Below, one piece after another: positions 39,352 through 48,603 of a DNA stretch of 50,333 nucleotides. Source of the DNA: Candidatus Poribacteria bacterium (GTDB lineage: Bacteria > Poribacteria > WGA-4E > UBA9662); the NCBI GenBank assembly GCA_036339735.1, contig JAYZAL010000039.1, positions 1 through 50,333 on the forward strand, in the 5' to 3' direction. The translations under genes and the position numbers were made by a program. Under the pieces are notes generated by a model. It did not search any database. It was not told where the DNA came from and was given only the letters and a program-made list of their open reading frames with translations. Numbering within the stretch: position 1 is the stretch's first letter; every line of letters begins with the position of its first letter.

Positions 39352-40788
39352 ATGTTGCGACCACCTCAATCTTCCTTACTAACTGATAACAACCTCGCCT
39401 TATTTTTAGACTATTATCAGCTAAGCATGGGACAAGCCGATTTTAAACGTAAAAACAATTCTATCTGTACAGAAAATTATTTTATTCGTAAGATTCCACA
39501 AGGCAAATACTTAATTGTTGCAGGGCTGGAGCAAGTAATACATTATGTTCTAAACCTAAAATTTACCGATGCAGATTTGGATTGGTTACAAAGCACTGAT
39601 CCTGGAGTAGAATTGGAATCTGATTTCATTGATTATTTGCGCAATTTTAAGTTTGATGGCGATATTTATGCTCTACCGGAAGGCTCATTAGCTTTCGCAA
39701 ATGAGCCAATAATTAATGTGACAGGTAAGTCAATTGATGTACAGATATTTGAGACTTATTTGTTAACCATTATGAATTTTCAAACTTTGATTGCCACAAA
39801 AGCCGCTCGCGTCACACATAGTGCACAGGGACGAATTTGCTTCGATTTTGGTGCCCGGCGCGCACATGGTCGTGATGCTGCTATACTAGCTGCCAGAGCA
39901 GCCGTTATCGGTGGTATCAAAGCAACTTCCCTAGTGGTAGCTGCAAAGTATTTCGATGTTCCTTATGTAGGAACAATGGCCCATAAATTTGTTCAAGATA
40001 GTTCTTCTGAACTTCAAGCTTTTCGCGATTATGCACAGGTTTTTCCCGACAATACTATTTTACTAGTAGATACCTATGATACGTTACAGGGGACTAGAAA
40101 TGCCGTTCAAATAGCAAAAGAAATAGAGATGCAAGGGCAACAAATACATGGAATTCGAATTGACAGCGGCGACCTTATTTTTCTTAGTCAATCTGTTCGT
40201 GAAATTTTAGACCAAGCAGGTTTACACAAAGTAAGAATATTTGCTAGTAATGATTTAGACGAGTTCCAAATTGATCGACTCATAAAAGCAAAAGCACCAA
40301 TTGACGGTTTCGGAGTGGGAACTCGTTTAGCAACTGGTGCTGTTCTAAATTCCATTACAGGTGAAGGTGGAGCTTCTTCCATGCCAGGGGTGTATAAACA
40401 TGTCGAACGAGAAGAAAACGGCATAACCATTCCCACTCTCAAAATTAGTTCTGATCCAGGTAAGTCGACGCTCGCAGCCAAGAAACAAGTGTTGAGAATA
40501 TCTAGAAATTCTCAGTATATTAAAGACCAAATTTGTCTTTGGGATGAAGTCTCAGAAGACCACGGATTGCTGATTCCAATCGTCAAAAATGGAGAACTTA
40601 TTTACAATTTCCCTTCGGTACAACAAATTCAGAAATATACAACGGAAGAATTGACCAAACTACCTAATTTTTACAAGACTTTAAGTGAGAATGACGAGGA
40701 TACAAACGATAGCGAATATCCGGTCGGAATCAGTCCTCAGCTAGTAGCATTACAAAAAAAAATAATAAAGGAGAAAACAAAACCTTAA
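39352..40788 (+). CDS. pncB: Nicotinate phosphoribosyltransferase
   Basis: LDYYQLSM, FDFGARRAHG, GTMAH (phospho-His), LLVDTYDT, GIRIDSGDL, ASNDLDE, FGVGT; GGAG RBS before ATG 39352. Confidence 0.93.
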   Translation: MLRPPQSSLLTDNNLALFLDYYQLSMGQADFKRKNNSICTENYFIRKIPQGKYLIVAGLEQVIHYVLNLKFTDADLDWLQSTDPGVELESDFIDYLRNFKFDGDIYALPEGSLAFANEPIINVTGKSIDVQIFETYLLTIMNFQTLIATKAARVTHSAQGRICFDFGARRAHGRDAAILAARAAVIGGIKATSLVVAAKYFDVPYVGTMAHKFVQDSSSELQAFRDYAQVFPDNTILLVDTYDTLQGTRNAVQIAKEIEMQGQQIHGIRIDSGDLIFLSQSVREILDQAGLHKVRIFASNDLDEFQIDRLIKAKAPIDGFGVGTRLATGAVLNSITGEGGASSMPGVYKHVEREENGITIPTLKISSDPGKSTLAAKKQVLRISRNSQYIKDQICLWDEVSEDHGLLIPIVKNGELIYNFPSVQQIQKYTTEELTKLPNFYKTLSENDEDTNDSEYPVGISPQLVALQKKIIKEKTKP

Positions 40789-40805
40789 TTATTTAGTGAA
40801 TTTTC

Positions 40806-41591
40806 TCAATTAATCAAATCCTTAGCACAGCGAAACCCTTGGCGTTGTCTCAAATACGAAGTCGATTCGGGTTGATCAGAAGCTCGAGCTGATACTCGCA
40901 GGTTATACCAGTCATCGTGCCATGACCCACCCCTTAACACTCGGTATTTTCCATCACGGGGGCCCTGTGGGTTTTTTTTGGGTGAATTCTGATAAAAGTC
41001 GGGCGTATACCAGTCAGCACACCACTCCCAAACATTACCTGACATATCGTATAATCCGTATTTGTTAGGCGCAAAGTAACCAACTGGAGAGGTTTTGTCC
41101 CATGTATCTGCTTGGCTTAATTTTGATCGTTTACGAATCCACAAAATTAATCTTTTTTGGCGTGTATTATCCCATTTACTGTCTCCACTGGGATTTTCGA
41201 AATTGGCTAAGGTACTATCAATTTCATCCCCCCAGGGGTAACGCTTTCCTTCGAGTCCCCCGCGTGCCGCATATTCCCACTCAGCTTCAGTAGGCAATCT
41301 CTTTCCTGCCCACTTGGCATAGTCATTGGCATCATGCCAAGTGATACCAATGATTGGATGATTGTCATATGGAGCAAATTTGCTCACCCAATCAGGTATT
41401 GGCCGAGAATTAGTTTTTTGTACAAATTCTCTGTACTGTCCAATGGAAACCAGATGAGTGTCCATGTAAAAAGCGTCAAGTTCAACAGAGTGAATTGGAA
41501 ACTCATCATGACTTCCTTCCTGAAAACTATCCCCCATCTCAAACATACCGGCTGGAATTAGTGACATATTTTCGTGTACGTAATCCTTCAT
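40806..41591 (-). CDS. Formylglycine-generating enzyme (SUMF1/FGE-sulfatase) domain protein, probably non-catalytic
   Basis: FEMG, RLPTEAEWEYAARGG, YGLYDMSGNVWEW, RVLRGGSW, GFRC; no catalytic Cys pair after RGGSW. Confidence 0.9.
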   Translation of the reverse strand: MKDYVHENMSLIPAGMFEMGDSFQEGSHDEFPIHSVELDAFYMDTHLVSIGQYREFVQKTNSRPIPDWVSKFAPYDNHPIIGITWHDANDYAKWAGKRLPTEAEWEYAARGGLEGKRYPWGDEIDSTLANFENPSGDSKWDNTRQKRLILWIRKRSKLSQADTWDKTSPVGYFAPNKYGLYDMSGNVWEWCADWYTPDFYQNSPKKNPQGPRDGKYRVLRGGSWHDDWYNLRVSARASDQPESTSYLRQRQGFRCAKDLIN

Positions 41592-41794
41592 ACTTCTATA
41601 TATTATGGTTTATGATCCGCTTATACCCAGCCGACATGTTTGTTCGGAAATTCAATCAATTTCATCAAATCTTCAATTCAAAAAGCTCATACTAGAACTG
41701 ATCGATTTAAGATTTTATTTTCCTATTTAAGATTTTAACTTTGGATAGATAAGGATTAAATAAAACAGTTAGTCGACGTAGATTAGTTTACAAC

Positions 41795-43993
41795 CTAGTA
41801 ATCTAATATGTCCGCCAATTCATCTAGGTTTACCAAAATTTGATCTATTACTTTTTCATCGGAGGTGGAAATAGTACCCAAAGTAGTTGGGGGATGCATA
41901 CGAAAATAAGTATTCCAAGCGGCATGAACATCGACTAATTTCAGTTCATTCTGGCTGTTCCCAGTTTCGTAAGCTTTTGCACCATCTTTCCAAGCTGATA
42001 TAAAAGAAGAACCAAGAGCTCTGATATCAACCGGAATCCACGATTTTCCTTCATTTTGGACGATTAATTTCTTTTCAATGTTAATACTAGAAAGTTGAGT
42101 CATGGAGGTTTCAAACATCAAAAAAATATGATCGCCGAGATCAACTATTTTAGTTCGGATATCCACTGACTCCAGTAATGCTGCATACAATGTTGTCAAT
42201 TCGTCGCAATCTCCAATTGGGTTTTTAGTTGCTAGTATTGATCTCGGATATTTCATCTTTTTGAACGGTCCATCAACATCAATATACCAAAGGTCAGCGG
42301 CGCTCAGTAAGCTTTGCGTATAACTGGCTGTTTCATCGATAACATATCCTTGTCCATATATCGATTGAAACGGGACATTTGCATCTGGGCGATATTGAAT
42401 ACCTAATGAATTCAAGGCTTCGTAGATTTTCATCGCAGTAACTAAATTAGTAAACTGTTTTACGTGGTTATCTTTTACCATAATTTGAGATGCAGACAAG
42501 GCAAATGACTTGGTAATTGGATCAGCTGGATCAATAAATGCTACCATTGGATCCAATTTTTCACGATAAGCTACTTTTCCCATTTGTCTTAAAACAATAG
42601 GTCGACGCTGACGAATCTCGCGAGTTCGCCCCAAGTATTTGTAGTTAATCAAAATTTCGGCTTCGGTACGAATATCTTGATCCAATTTTTCCACATTCTT
42701 ATTAAATTGAAAGGCTAGTGGAATTCTCTTAGTACTCAGATTCGAACCTACTGAACTCAGCAAGATGTTTTTTGCTACGACCAAAGGTTTATCCATATAT
42801 TCTGGTATAAAGGTCGAAACTGAAACTTCTAGTTCTTTTTTAAAGGCTGAAGTCAACACTAACTCGCCGCTTAGTGGGTTTGGTGTTTGATATTGTTGGT
42901 AAAAGGATAGCAAGACATCTCTAAGGATAATTGAATCTACCAAAATTCGCTTAGGATTATAATCAAACCCCAGAATCATTGAGAAACGGTGAGTATCATT
43001 CAAGGTTGGTGAATTCAAATAAGCGTAATCAAATCTCAATCCTCCATACTGAAGTGTACCTCCTACCGATAGACTAATGGGCTCTCGGAATTCTGATTCC
43101 GAACCGACGGGAGTAATCACGCCTAGGGGGGCTTCTATTCCTCCACGAATTGCTAGAATGTTTTGTATAGTTTGTTCAACTCCAAAGTGAAGACTATGAT
43201 CTAAATCGAGAGCTAGTGTAGTTTGGCGCATGGGTTTATACATCATACCAAATCGGAGATTTCGAGATGCTAACTTATCAGTTTCGTTTCGTTTCGAATT
43301 TTCGATATCAACTGCTTCATAATCAAAATTGATTTTAGTATCATTAATATCTTGGCCGAATAACCCAAATGCGAACCAATCGGTGGGCTGGTAGCGTAGA
43401 CCAACGTCAAAACCAAATCCGGTTGCATTACCAATTGGGTGTGTATCCAGTGCACTACTGATAGATACTCTTTTGACATTCAGACCAGCAGAAATTGATT
43501 TCGTGATACCAATTCCGTACGAAACACTGATACGATCGTCTTTAAATTCAAGTTCATCATCTCCAAAACGAAGTTGTATCCAATCCATACCAATCGCATG
43601 CTGGTCTGTAATTGGAAAAATGTAACTGAGATAATTTTGCTGTAGGCCTTCAATTCCATATAGATTAGTCATCATCCCACTGATAGTCTGCTGTCCAACG
43701 TTGACTAAACCAGCAGGATTCCAAGCAATAGCATTAGCGTCATCTGCAATCGCTGTAAAGGAAGAACCCATACCAAGTGGACGGACACCGACCGGCATTT
43801 GATTATTTGCTCTGAGAATTAGGAATTCTCCTACAATCAGATTTAGGCAAATTATTATGCAAAAAGATAAAACAGCAATTGTACTAAACGAAAAATTTAA
43901 CGAACTTCCAATTGGACAAACCCTACTAAATATAGGTAAATGTATGTACAATTTGAGAAAATTCTTAACTTGATTTGATACTGATTTACTCAT
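41795..43993 (-). CDS. PorV/FadL-like outer-membrane beta-barrel fused to a transglutaminase-like domain
   Basis: GVRPLGMGSSFTAIADDANAIAWNPAGL hatch motif, beta strands ending in THRFSMILGF; C-terminal GDCDE..DHIFL..WIPVD (Cys-His-Asp). Confidence 0.72.
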   Translation of the reverse strand: MSKSVSNQVKNFLKLYIHLPIFSRVCPIGSSLNFSFSTIAVLSFCIIICLNLIVGEFLILRANNQMPVGVRPLGMGSSFTAIADDANAIAWNPAGLVNVGQQTISGMMTNLYGIEGLQQNYLSYIFPITDQHAIGMDWIQLRFGDDELEFKDDRISVSYGIGITKSISAGLNVKRVSISSALDTHPIGNATGFGFDVGLRYQPTDWFAFGLFGQDINDTKINFDYEAVDIENSKRNETDKLASRNLRFGMMYKPMRQTTLALDLDHSLHFGVEQTIQNILAIRGGIEAPLGVITPVGSESEFREPISLSVGGTLQYGGLRFDYAYLNSPTLNDTHRFSMILGFDYNPKRILVDSIILRDVLLSFYQQYQTPNPLSGELVLTSAFKKELEVSVSTFIPEYMDKPLVVAKNILLSSVGSNLSTKRIPLAFQFNKNVEKLDQDIRTEAEILINYKYLGRTREIRQRRPIVLRQMGKVAYREKLDPMVAFIDPADPITKSFALSASQIMVKDNHVKQFTNLVTAMKIYEALNSLGIQYRPDANVPFQSIYGQGYVIDETASYTQSLLSAADLWYIDVDGPFKKMKYPRSILATKNPIGDCDELTTLYAALLESVDIRTKIVDLGDHIFLMFETSMTQLSSINIEKKLIVQNEGKSWIPVDIRALGSSFISAWKDGAKAYETGNSQNELKLVDVHAAWNTYFRMHPPTTLGTISTSDEKVIDQILVNLDELADILDY

Positions 43994-46900
43994 TCAGTAA
44001 AAACTCCTGCTTCTCGAAGCTAGTCAACTGACGTGTTGATCTGATTTCAGCTAATCTTTTTAACCCCGAAATATCTATCAATGGGTGAAACCGAATAGTC
44101 TTATCATGACTTACCGTGGCAATGGCTTTCCCGTCTGAACTGTATTTGACATCAGTAATCTCTGCTGAATGCCCATGCAACGTTAGGACAATTTGGCCCG
44201 AAGAAATATCCCAGACTTTTGCAACTTTGTTCCTACTGCATGTAGCAACTTGACTCCCGTCAGGACTGAACGCAATACCTTGAGGCTCTTCTGGCCAAAT
44301 GGCTATAGACCGCATCACTTGCCCTCTTTCAGAGTCCCAAATTTTAATTGTTCCGTCTAGACTAACTGTTCCCATAAGCGAACCATCTTTGTTGAAGGCT
44401 ACTTTTTTAATTTCCATAGAATGACCTGATAAAGACAGTAGTAGCTGACCCGTTTTTGTATCCCAAATTTTGATTTCAGCATCTTGCCCAGCAGTCACTA
44501 TTTTTTTACCATCAGGACTATAACTCAAACTGTAGATTTCACCTTCATGTCCAATCAAAGTGCTTTCTAGCTCTCCGGATTCCAGTTCCCACAAGCTAGC
44601 CACCTGACCCGATACCGCTAAATACTTTCCATCAGGACTAAAAGATAAGCTATAAATTTCTTTTTCTGTTGTCTTAAATTCTTGCCAGACTTCTCCGGTT
44701 ACTACATCCCAAATAATAGCTTTCGAATCTTTACCCCCCGTCGCAACGTAGCGACCATCATAGCTAAATGATGCGGTAAGCAGTGGAACTTCTCCTATTT
44801 TCCCATGAGAAAAGATATGCTTTATCTGCCTAGATTGTGTTTGCCATAGTTTGGCTGTCCCATCAAGACTAGTAGTGACAAATTGCGATTGATCTTGGCT
44901 AAAAGTAATGCATGTGACTGCCGCTTTATGACTCCGCAGGGGAATATTGTCATTACTTGGAGTTACATCCCAAATTTTGACTATTCCATCTTGACCAGCT
45001 GTGGCTAGCCTGCTTCCATTAGCATTAAAGTCGACGCTATGAATTTCTTCCTGATGCCCGAGAAGAGTGAGAAGTTTTCGACCTGATTGAATGTCCCATA
45101 TTTTGGCTGTTTTGTCATGGCTAACCGAAGCGATTTTGTATCCGGAAGGTCCAAATCTAAGATCTGAAATTAACTCAGTGTGTGCATTAATGTTCTGTTT
45201 TAATTGTCCTGTTTTGGCATCCCAAATACTAATCTGGTAGTCTTCACTACTAGCGGCAATCAAACTTGAATCGGGATTAAAAATGACGTTATTAAATACT
45301 TTACCTGCATTGTCAATCGATAATTGCTCTAGCCCTGGGTTGCTAGTCCATACCTTGATGGTACCACTTTGATCAGCAGTGACGATTTTACTACCATCAT
45401 TACTGTAGTCAAGATCATTAACAATGTTCCCTACTAAAAATTTGGCTGATTCTGTACCCGAATCAGTATTCCAAAGTTTGACGTAGTTGCTACCAGAACC
45501 GGTTGTTGCGACCTGTTTAATTTGGGGGTGGTAGACAAGATTTTGAATAGAGTCTTCATGGGCTTGAATCTCTAATCGAATTTGTCCAGATTCAGTATTC
45601 CACAGAATCACTTTTCCGTCAGCTCCGGCAGTTGCAACCGTTTGCCCGTCAGAATCAAAATCAGCTTTAGAAACCTTATCAGTATGGCCTGCTAACAAAG
45701 TCACAGTATTCGATGTGATATTCCAGATTTTGGCTGACTGATCAGCACTAACTGTCACTAGACGCTGAAGATCTTCCATACCTATCAGTGGGCTGTAGGC
45801 TATATTGTGAATTGTGCTGTCGTGGGCTTTTATGGTTCTTCGGATTCGACGTGCATTTACCACTTGGTGTAGTGCATGTTTAGCTTCACGCTTGGCTTCG
45901 TCAACACCGATTATCTGATCTGAGATCACATCTATATTAGCTTTTTCTACCGCGGTCAAGGCTAATCGAATACTAAGCTCAAGATCATTTTCAATGTTTT
46001 GGATTGCCTGTTCGGCTAACCTTCGAGAAAGTGCAATATTTGCCTGTTCTTCAGCTCGCTTCTTTTCAGCTTCAGCTAAATTCTTTTGTTGTTCAGCTAC
46101 ATTGGCAGACTCAACGGCCAACTCACGTTGTGTATCGGCTTCTCTTCTGGCATTTTCAGCTTCTTGGCGACGTTGTTCAGCTACATTGGCAGACTCAACG
46201 GCCAACTCACGTTGTGTGTCAGCTTCCTCTTTGGCTTTTACGGCCGCTTGTCGTTGTATATCGGCTTCTTCTTTAGATTCTACGGCCGCTTGTCGTTGTA
46301 TATCAGCTTCTCTTCTAGCATTTTCAGCTTCTTGACGACGTTGTTCAGCTACATTGGCAGACTCAACTGCTAGCTCACGCTGTGTATCGGCTTCTCTTCT
46401 GGCATTTTCAGCTTCTTGGCGACGTTGTTCAGCTACATTGGCAGACTCAACGGCCAACTCACGTTGTGTGTCAGCTTCTTCTTTGGCTTCCATAGCCGCT
46501 TGTCGTTGTATATCGGCTTCTTCTTTAGCTTCCATGGCCGCTTGTCGTTGTATATCAGCTTCTTCTTTAGATTCTATGGCCGATTGTCGTTGCTGCTTGG
46601 CAATAGAAGCTGATTGTTCAGCAACTAATTTTTGGGACACTGCTTCTTGTCGCTGAATTAGCGCAAAAATAGTCATACCGATGATTAAGGCTGCTACACT
46701 AGCTAGACCACCTATCATCTGTTGAAACCGTGTCTTTGCTACTCGGCTAGCTTGAACATAGGTTTGTTGTAGTGCTGTGGGAGCAGGATGAAGTTCTGTT
46801 TCGATTGCATCACCAACCCAACGCCCTGCAGATCTTAGATCCCTTCCTCTCAGCAAGGAACTGTTGTCCCGACCATTATCATCCCATTCAGTTGCACGAA

Positions 46901-47327
46901 GATGTAGTCTCGTGTGCTGCTTGACGTGCTCCAAATCGGTTTGAAGAGCTTCGACTAAAATTTGAAAACTTGCCTCGAAATCATCTTCATCTTCTCTCAT
47001 GTAGACCCAATTAGCTGCAGCTAATCGTTCGTGCATATCTTCGGGTTCTACAAATCTCCAAACAACAGGAATAATACGTTTCCCGCCTTCCATAGCGTGG
47101 ACAACTTCTTTTTCGCATTCAGGAGAAGCTATCGAATCCGGACTAATCACTATCAGAAAGGAATCAGCATTATTGATTCCTTTGTATATTTCATCTAACC
47201 ATTCTGAGGCTGGGGGGATATCTTTCCAATCGACCCAAGTCGAAAATCCACTTTCAATCAGCTTATCATGTAACCCTTCACAAAAATCTTTGTCTCTTCG
47301 AGAATAGGAAAGCATTAGGTCAGCCAT
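43986..47327 (-). CDS. TIR domain + single TM helix + long coiled coil + about 14 WD40 repeats
   Basis: TIR: LSYSRRD, WVDW, FLIVISPDSIASPECEKEV; TM MIGGLASVAALIIGMTIFALI; 14-aa repeats; GH..WD repeats; GGAG RBS. Confidence 0.92.
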   Translation of the reverse strand: MADLMLSYSRRDKDFCEGLHDKLIESGFSTWVDWKDIPPASEWLDEIYKGINNADSFLIVISPDSIASPECEKEVVHAMEGGKRIIPVVWRFVEPEDMHERLAAANWVYMREDEDDFEASFQILVEALQTDLEHVKQHTRLHLRATEWDDNGRDNSSLLRGRDLRSAGRWVGDAIETELHPAPTALQQTYVQASRVAKTRFQQMIGGLASVAALIIGMTIFALIQRQEAVSQKLVAEQSASIAKQQRQSAIESKEEADIQRQAAMEAKEEADIQRQAAMEAKEEADTQRELAVESANVAEQRRQEAENARREADTQRELAVESANVAEQRRQEAENARREADIQRQAAVESKEEADIQRQAAVKAKEEADTQRELAVESANVAEQRRQEAENARREADTQRELAVESANVAEQQKNLAEAEKKRAEEQANIALSRRLAEQAIQNIENDLELSIRLALTAVEKANIDVISDQIIGVDEAKREAKHALHQVVNARRIRRTIKAHDSTIHNIAYSPLIGMEDLQRLVTVSADQSAKIWNITSNTVTLLAGHTDKVSKADFDSDGQTVATAGADGKVILWNTESGQIRLEIQAHEDSIQNLVYHPQIKQVATTGSGSNYVKLWNTDSGTESAKFLVGNIVNDLDYSNDGSKIVTADQSGTIKVWTSNPGLEQLSIDNAGKVFNNVIFNPDSSLIAASSEDYQISIWDAKTGQLKQNINAHTELISDLRFGPSGYKIASVSHDKTAKIWDIQSGRKLLTLLGHQEEIHSVDFNANGSRLATAGQDGIVKIWDVTPSNDNIPLRSHKAAVTCITFSQDQSQFVTTSLDGTAKLWQTQSRQIKHIFSHGKIGEVPLLTASFSYDGRYVATGGKDSKAIIWDVVTGEVWQEFKTTEKEIYSLSFSPDGKYLAVSGQVASLWELESGELESTLIGHEGEIYSLSYSPDGKKIVTAGQDAEIKIWDTKTGQLLLSLSGHSMEIKKVAFNKDGSLMGTVSLDGTIKIWDSERGQVMRSIAIWPEEPQGIAFSPDGSQVATCSRNKVAKVWDISSGQIVLTLHGHSAEITDVKYSSDGKAIATVSHDKTIRFHPLIDISGLKRLAEIRSTRQLTSFEKQEFLLNE
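46098..46559 (-). repeat. Eleven 42-bp in-frame units forming a higher-order 252-bp repeat
   Basis: Units A=ADIQRQAAxxxKEE, B=ADTQRELAVESANV, C=AEQRRQEAENARRE in the order AABCBC-AABCB; near-identical DNA. Confidence 0.92.
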
Positions 47328-47355
47328 CTTTCATTTCTCCTTGTCAATTGTAAAT

Positions 47356-47620
47356 TTAATGGTTCCAAGCTTGACCACTTTGCTTTGGGTCTGGCTACCC
47401 ACAGATACCATTACAATGTATAGGCCAATGATCAACATTTTTCCGTCACCATCCCGTCTATTCCAAGAAACAGATTGTTTCCTTCGATTGAATGTTCTTT
47501 AATCAGTTAGTCAATTGACTAGTTGTCCATCTTCTAACCGGACCTTATGCTAGCATTATTGGCTGGTTGATCCAGCATAAAAGAAATAGTGGTATCAGCG
47601 CGAAAGTTATTTGAATTGGG
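47356..47620 (-). pseudogene. Remnant C-terminal FlgD-Ig-like domain, paralogous to the end of the 48604 gene
   Basis: Manual translation DTTISFMLDQPA..GQLVN*LTD*..VSWNRRDGDGKMLIIGLYIVMVSVGSQTQSKVV/WNH* aligns to RTTISFQLDKAA..GFLVSWLAEQ..LPWNGRDYNGNPVATGLYIVTVAVGSVTQNKIVNVWNQ*. Confidence 0.8.
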
Positions 47621-47804
47621 TAAGGAAATGTCAGCTTAAAATTGACAGATTTATGTACAAATTGAGCCGTTTATAATGCTTGGGAACTAATCGGTCCCTG
47701 TCACCACATAATAAGCTAGAGGTAAAAAACCGCAGAAGTATAGCAATATGGTTCGATAACACGAAACTTGATGGTGCTCGGCCTGTAGTCGTTTTGACTA
47801 AATT

Positions 47805-48347
47805 TCAAATGATCTGGACACCTGCTTTCTTCATTTCGATCATTGCATTTCTACCGTCGTTTGGATCTAAGTTTACTGCTCGAATAGCTTCTTGGTGAAC
47901 GACTACTTTGAATCCCTGATTAATAGCATCAAGGGCTGACGCTTTCACACAATAGTCTGTCGCCAATCCAACTATTGTTAATTCTTTGACTGCTTTCTGT
48001 TTTAGCCACTGAGCTAGGTTTATATTAGTGGCTTCGAACGCTGAATAGCCATCATCTTGGTTGTCCGTGCCTTTATATAAAATTTGATCGACCGAATCTA
48101 AATTTAATTGCGGATGAAAATCAGCACCAGGCGAATCGGCGACACAATGAACAGGCCAATGATCAAAGTGAATCGTTTCATCAGGGTGCCAGTCTTTACT
48201 AGCACAAACTATATCGAACTGATTAATTAACTGGTTAATAAATGGTACTACCTGATCTCCCTCTGGTACCGCTAAGGCACCACCAGGACAAAAATCGTTT
48301 TGTACATCAACGATTAGAAGTGCTTTGGTAATAGAAAGATTTTTCAT
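47805..48347 (-). CDS. pncA: Nicotinamidase/pyrazinamidase
   Basis: IVDVQNDFCPGGAL, KDWH, WPVHCV, KGT, YSAF, GLATDYCV; catalytic D/K/C and metal ligands present. Confidence 0.93.
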   Translation of the reverse strand: MKNLSITKALLIVDVQNDFCPGGALAVPEGDQVVPFINQLINQFDIVCASKDWHPDETIHFDHWPVHCVADSPGADFHPQLNLDSVDQILYKGTDNQDDGYSAFEATNINLAQWLKQKAVKELTIVGLATDYCVKASALDAINQGFKVVVHQEAIRAVNLDPNDGRNAMIEMKKAGVQII

Positions 48348-48603
48348 TTTCGACGATTTAGATCCTTTTATACTGTTGTGTTAATCTTCACTTTACAAGC
48401 CCCTTGATGTTTAGACTAGTTACCACAGAGATAAATTACAAGATTTCTCTGTCTATCCTGCCAAAAACAGACAAAAATATCAAGTTTTTTGTACTTAAAC
48501 TGGATTGACTGACTCGTTTGGTATTCACCGAAAAAAACAGACAACGAACTCTTATAGTATTACATTGCCAGTAAGATATCTTTTGTACGATTAGATGACA
48601 GTT

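Noticed and set aside
40806-41591. Diversity-generating retroelement target (FGE/CLec fold)
   Set aside because: No reverse transcriptase and no template repeat of the 3' end seen in the window
45994-46656. Several plus-strand ORFs with repeated sequence
   Set aside because: Antisense shadows of the 42-bp coiled-coil repeats of the TIR gene
43986-47327. Calling the TIR protein an NLR/Avs or canonical Thoeris component
   Set aside because: No STAND NTPase motifs and no ThsA-type SIR2 or Macro effector; the similarity is at domain level only
48463-48544. AAAAACAGACAA repeated 70 bp apart upstream of pncA
   Set aside because: Low-complexity A-rich word, plausible by chance
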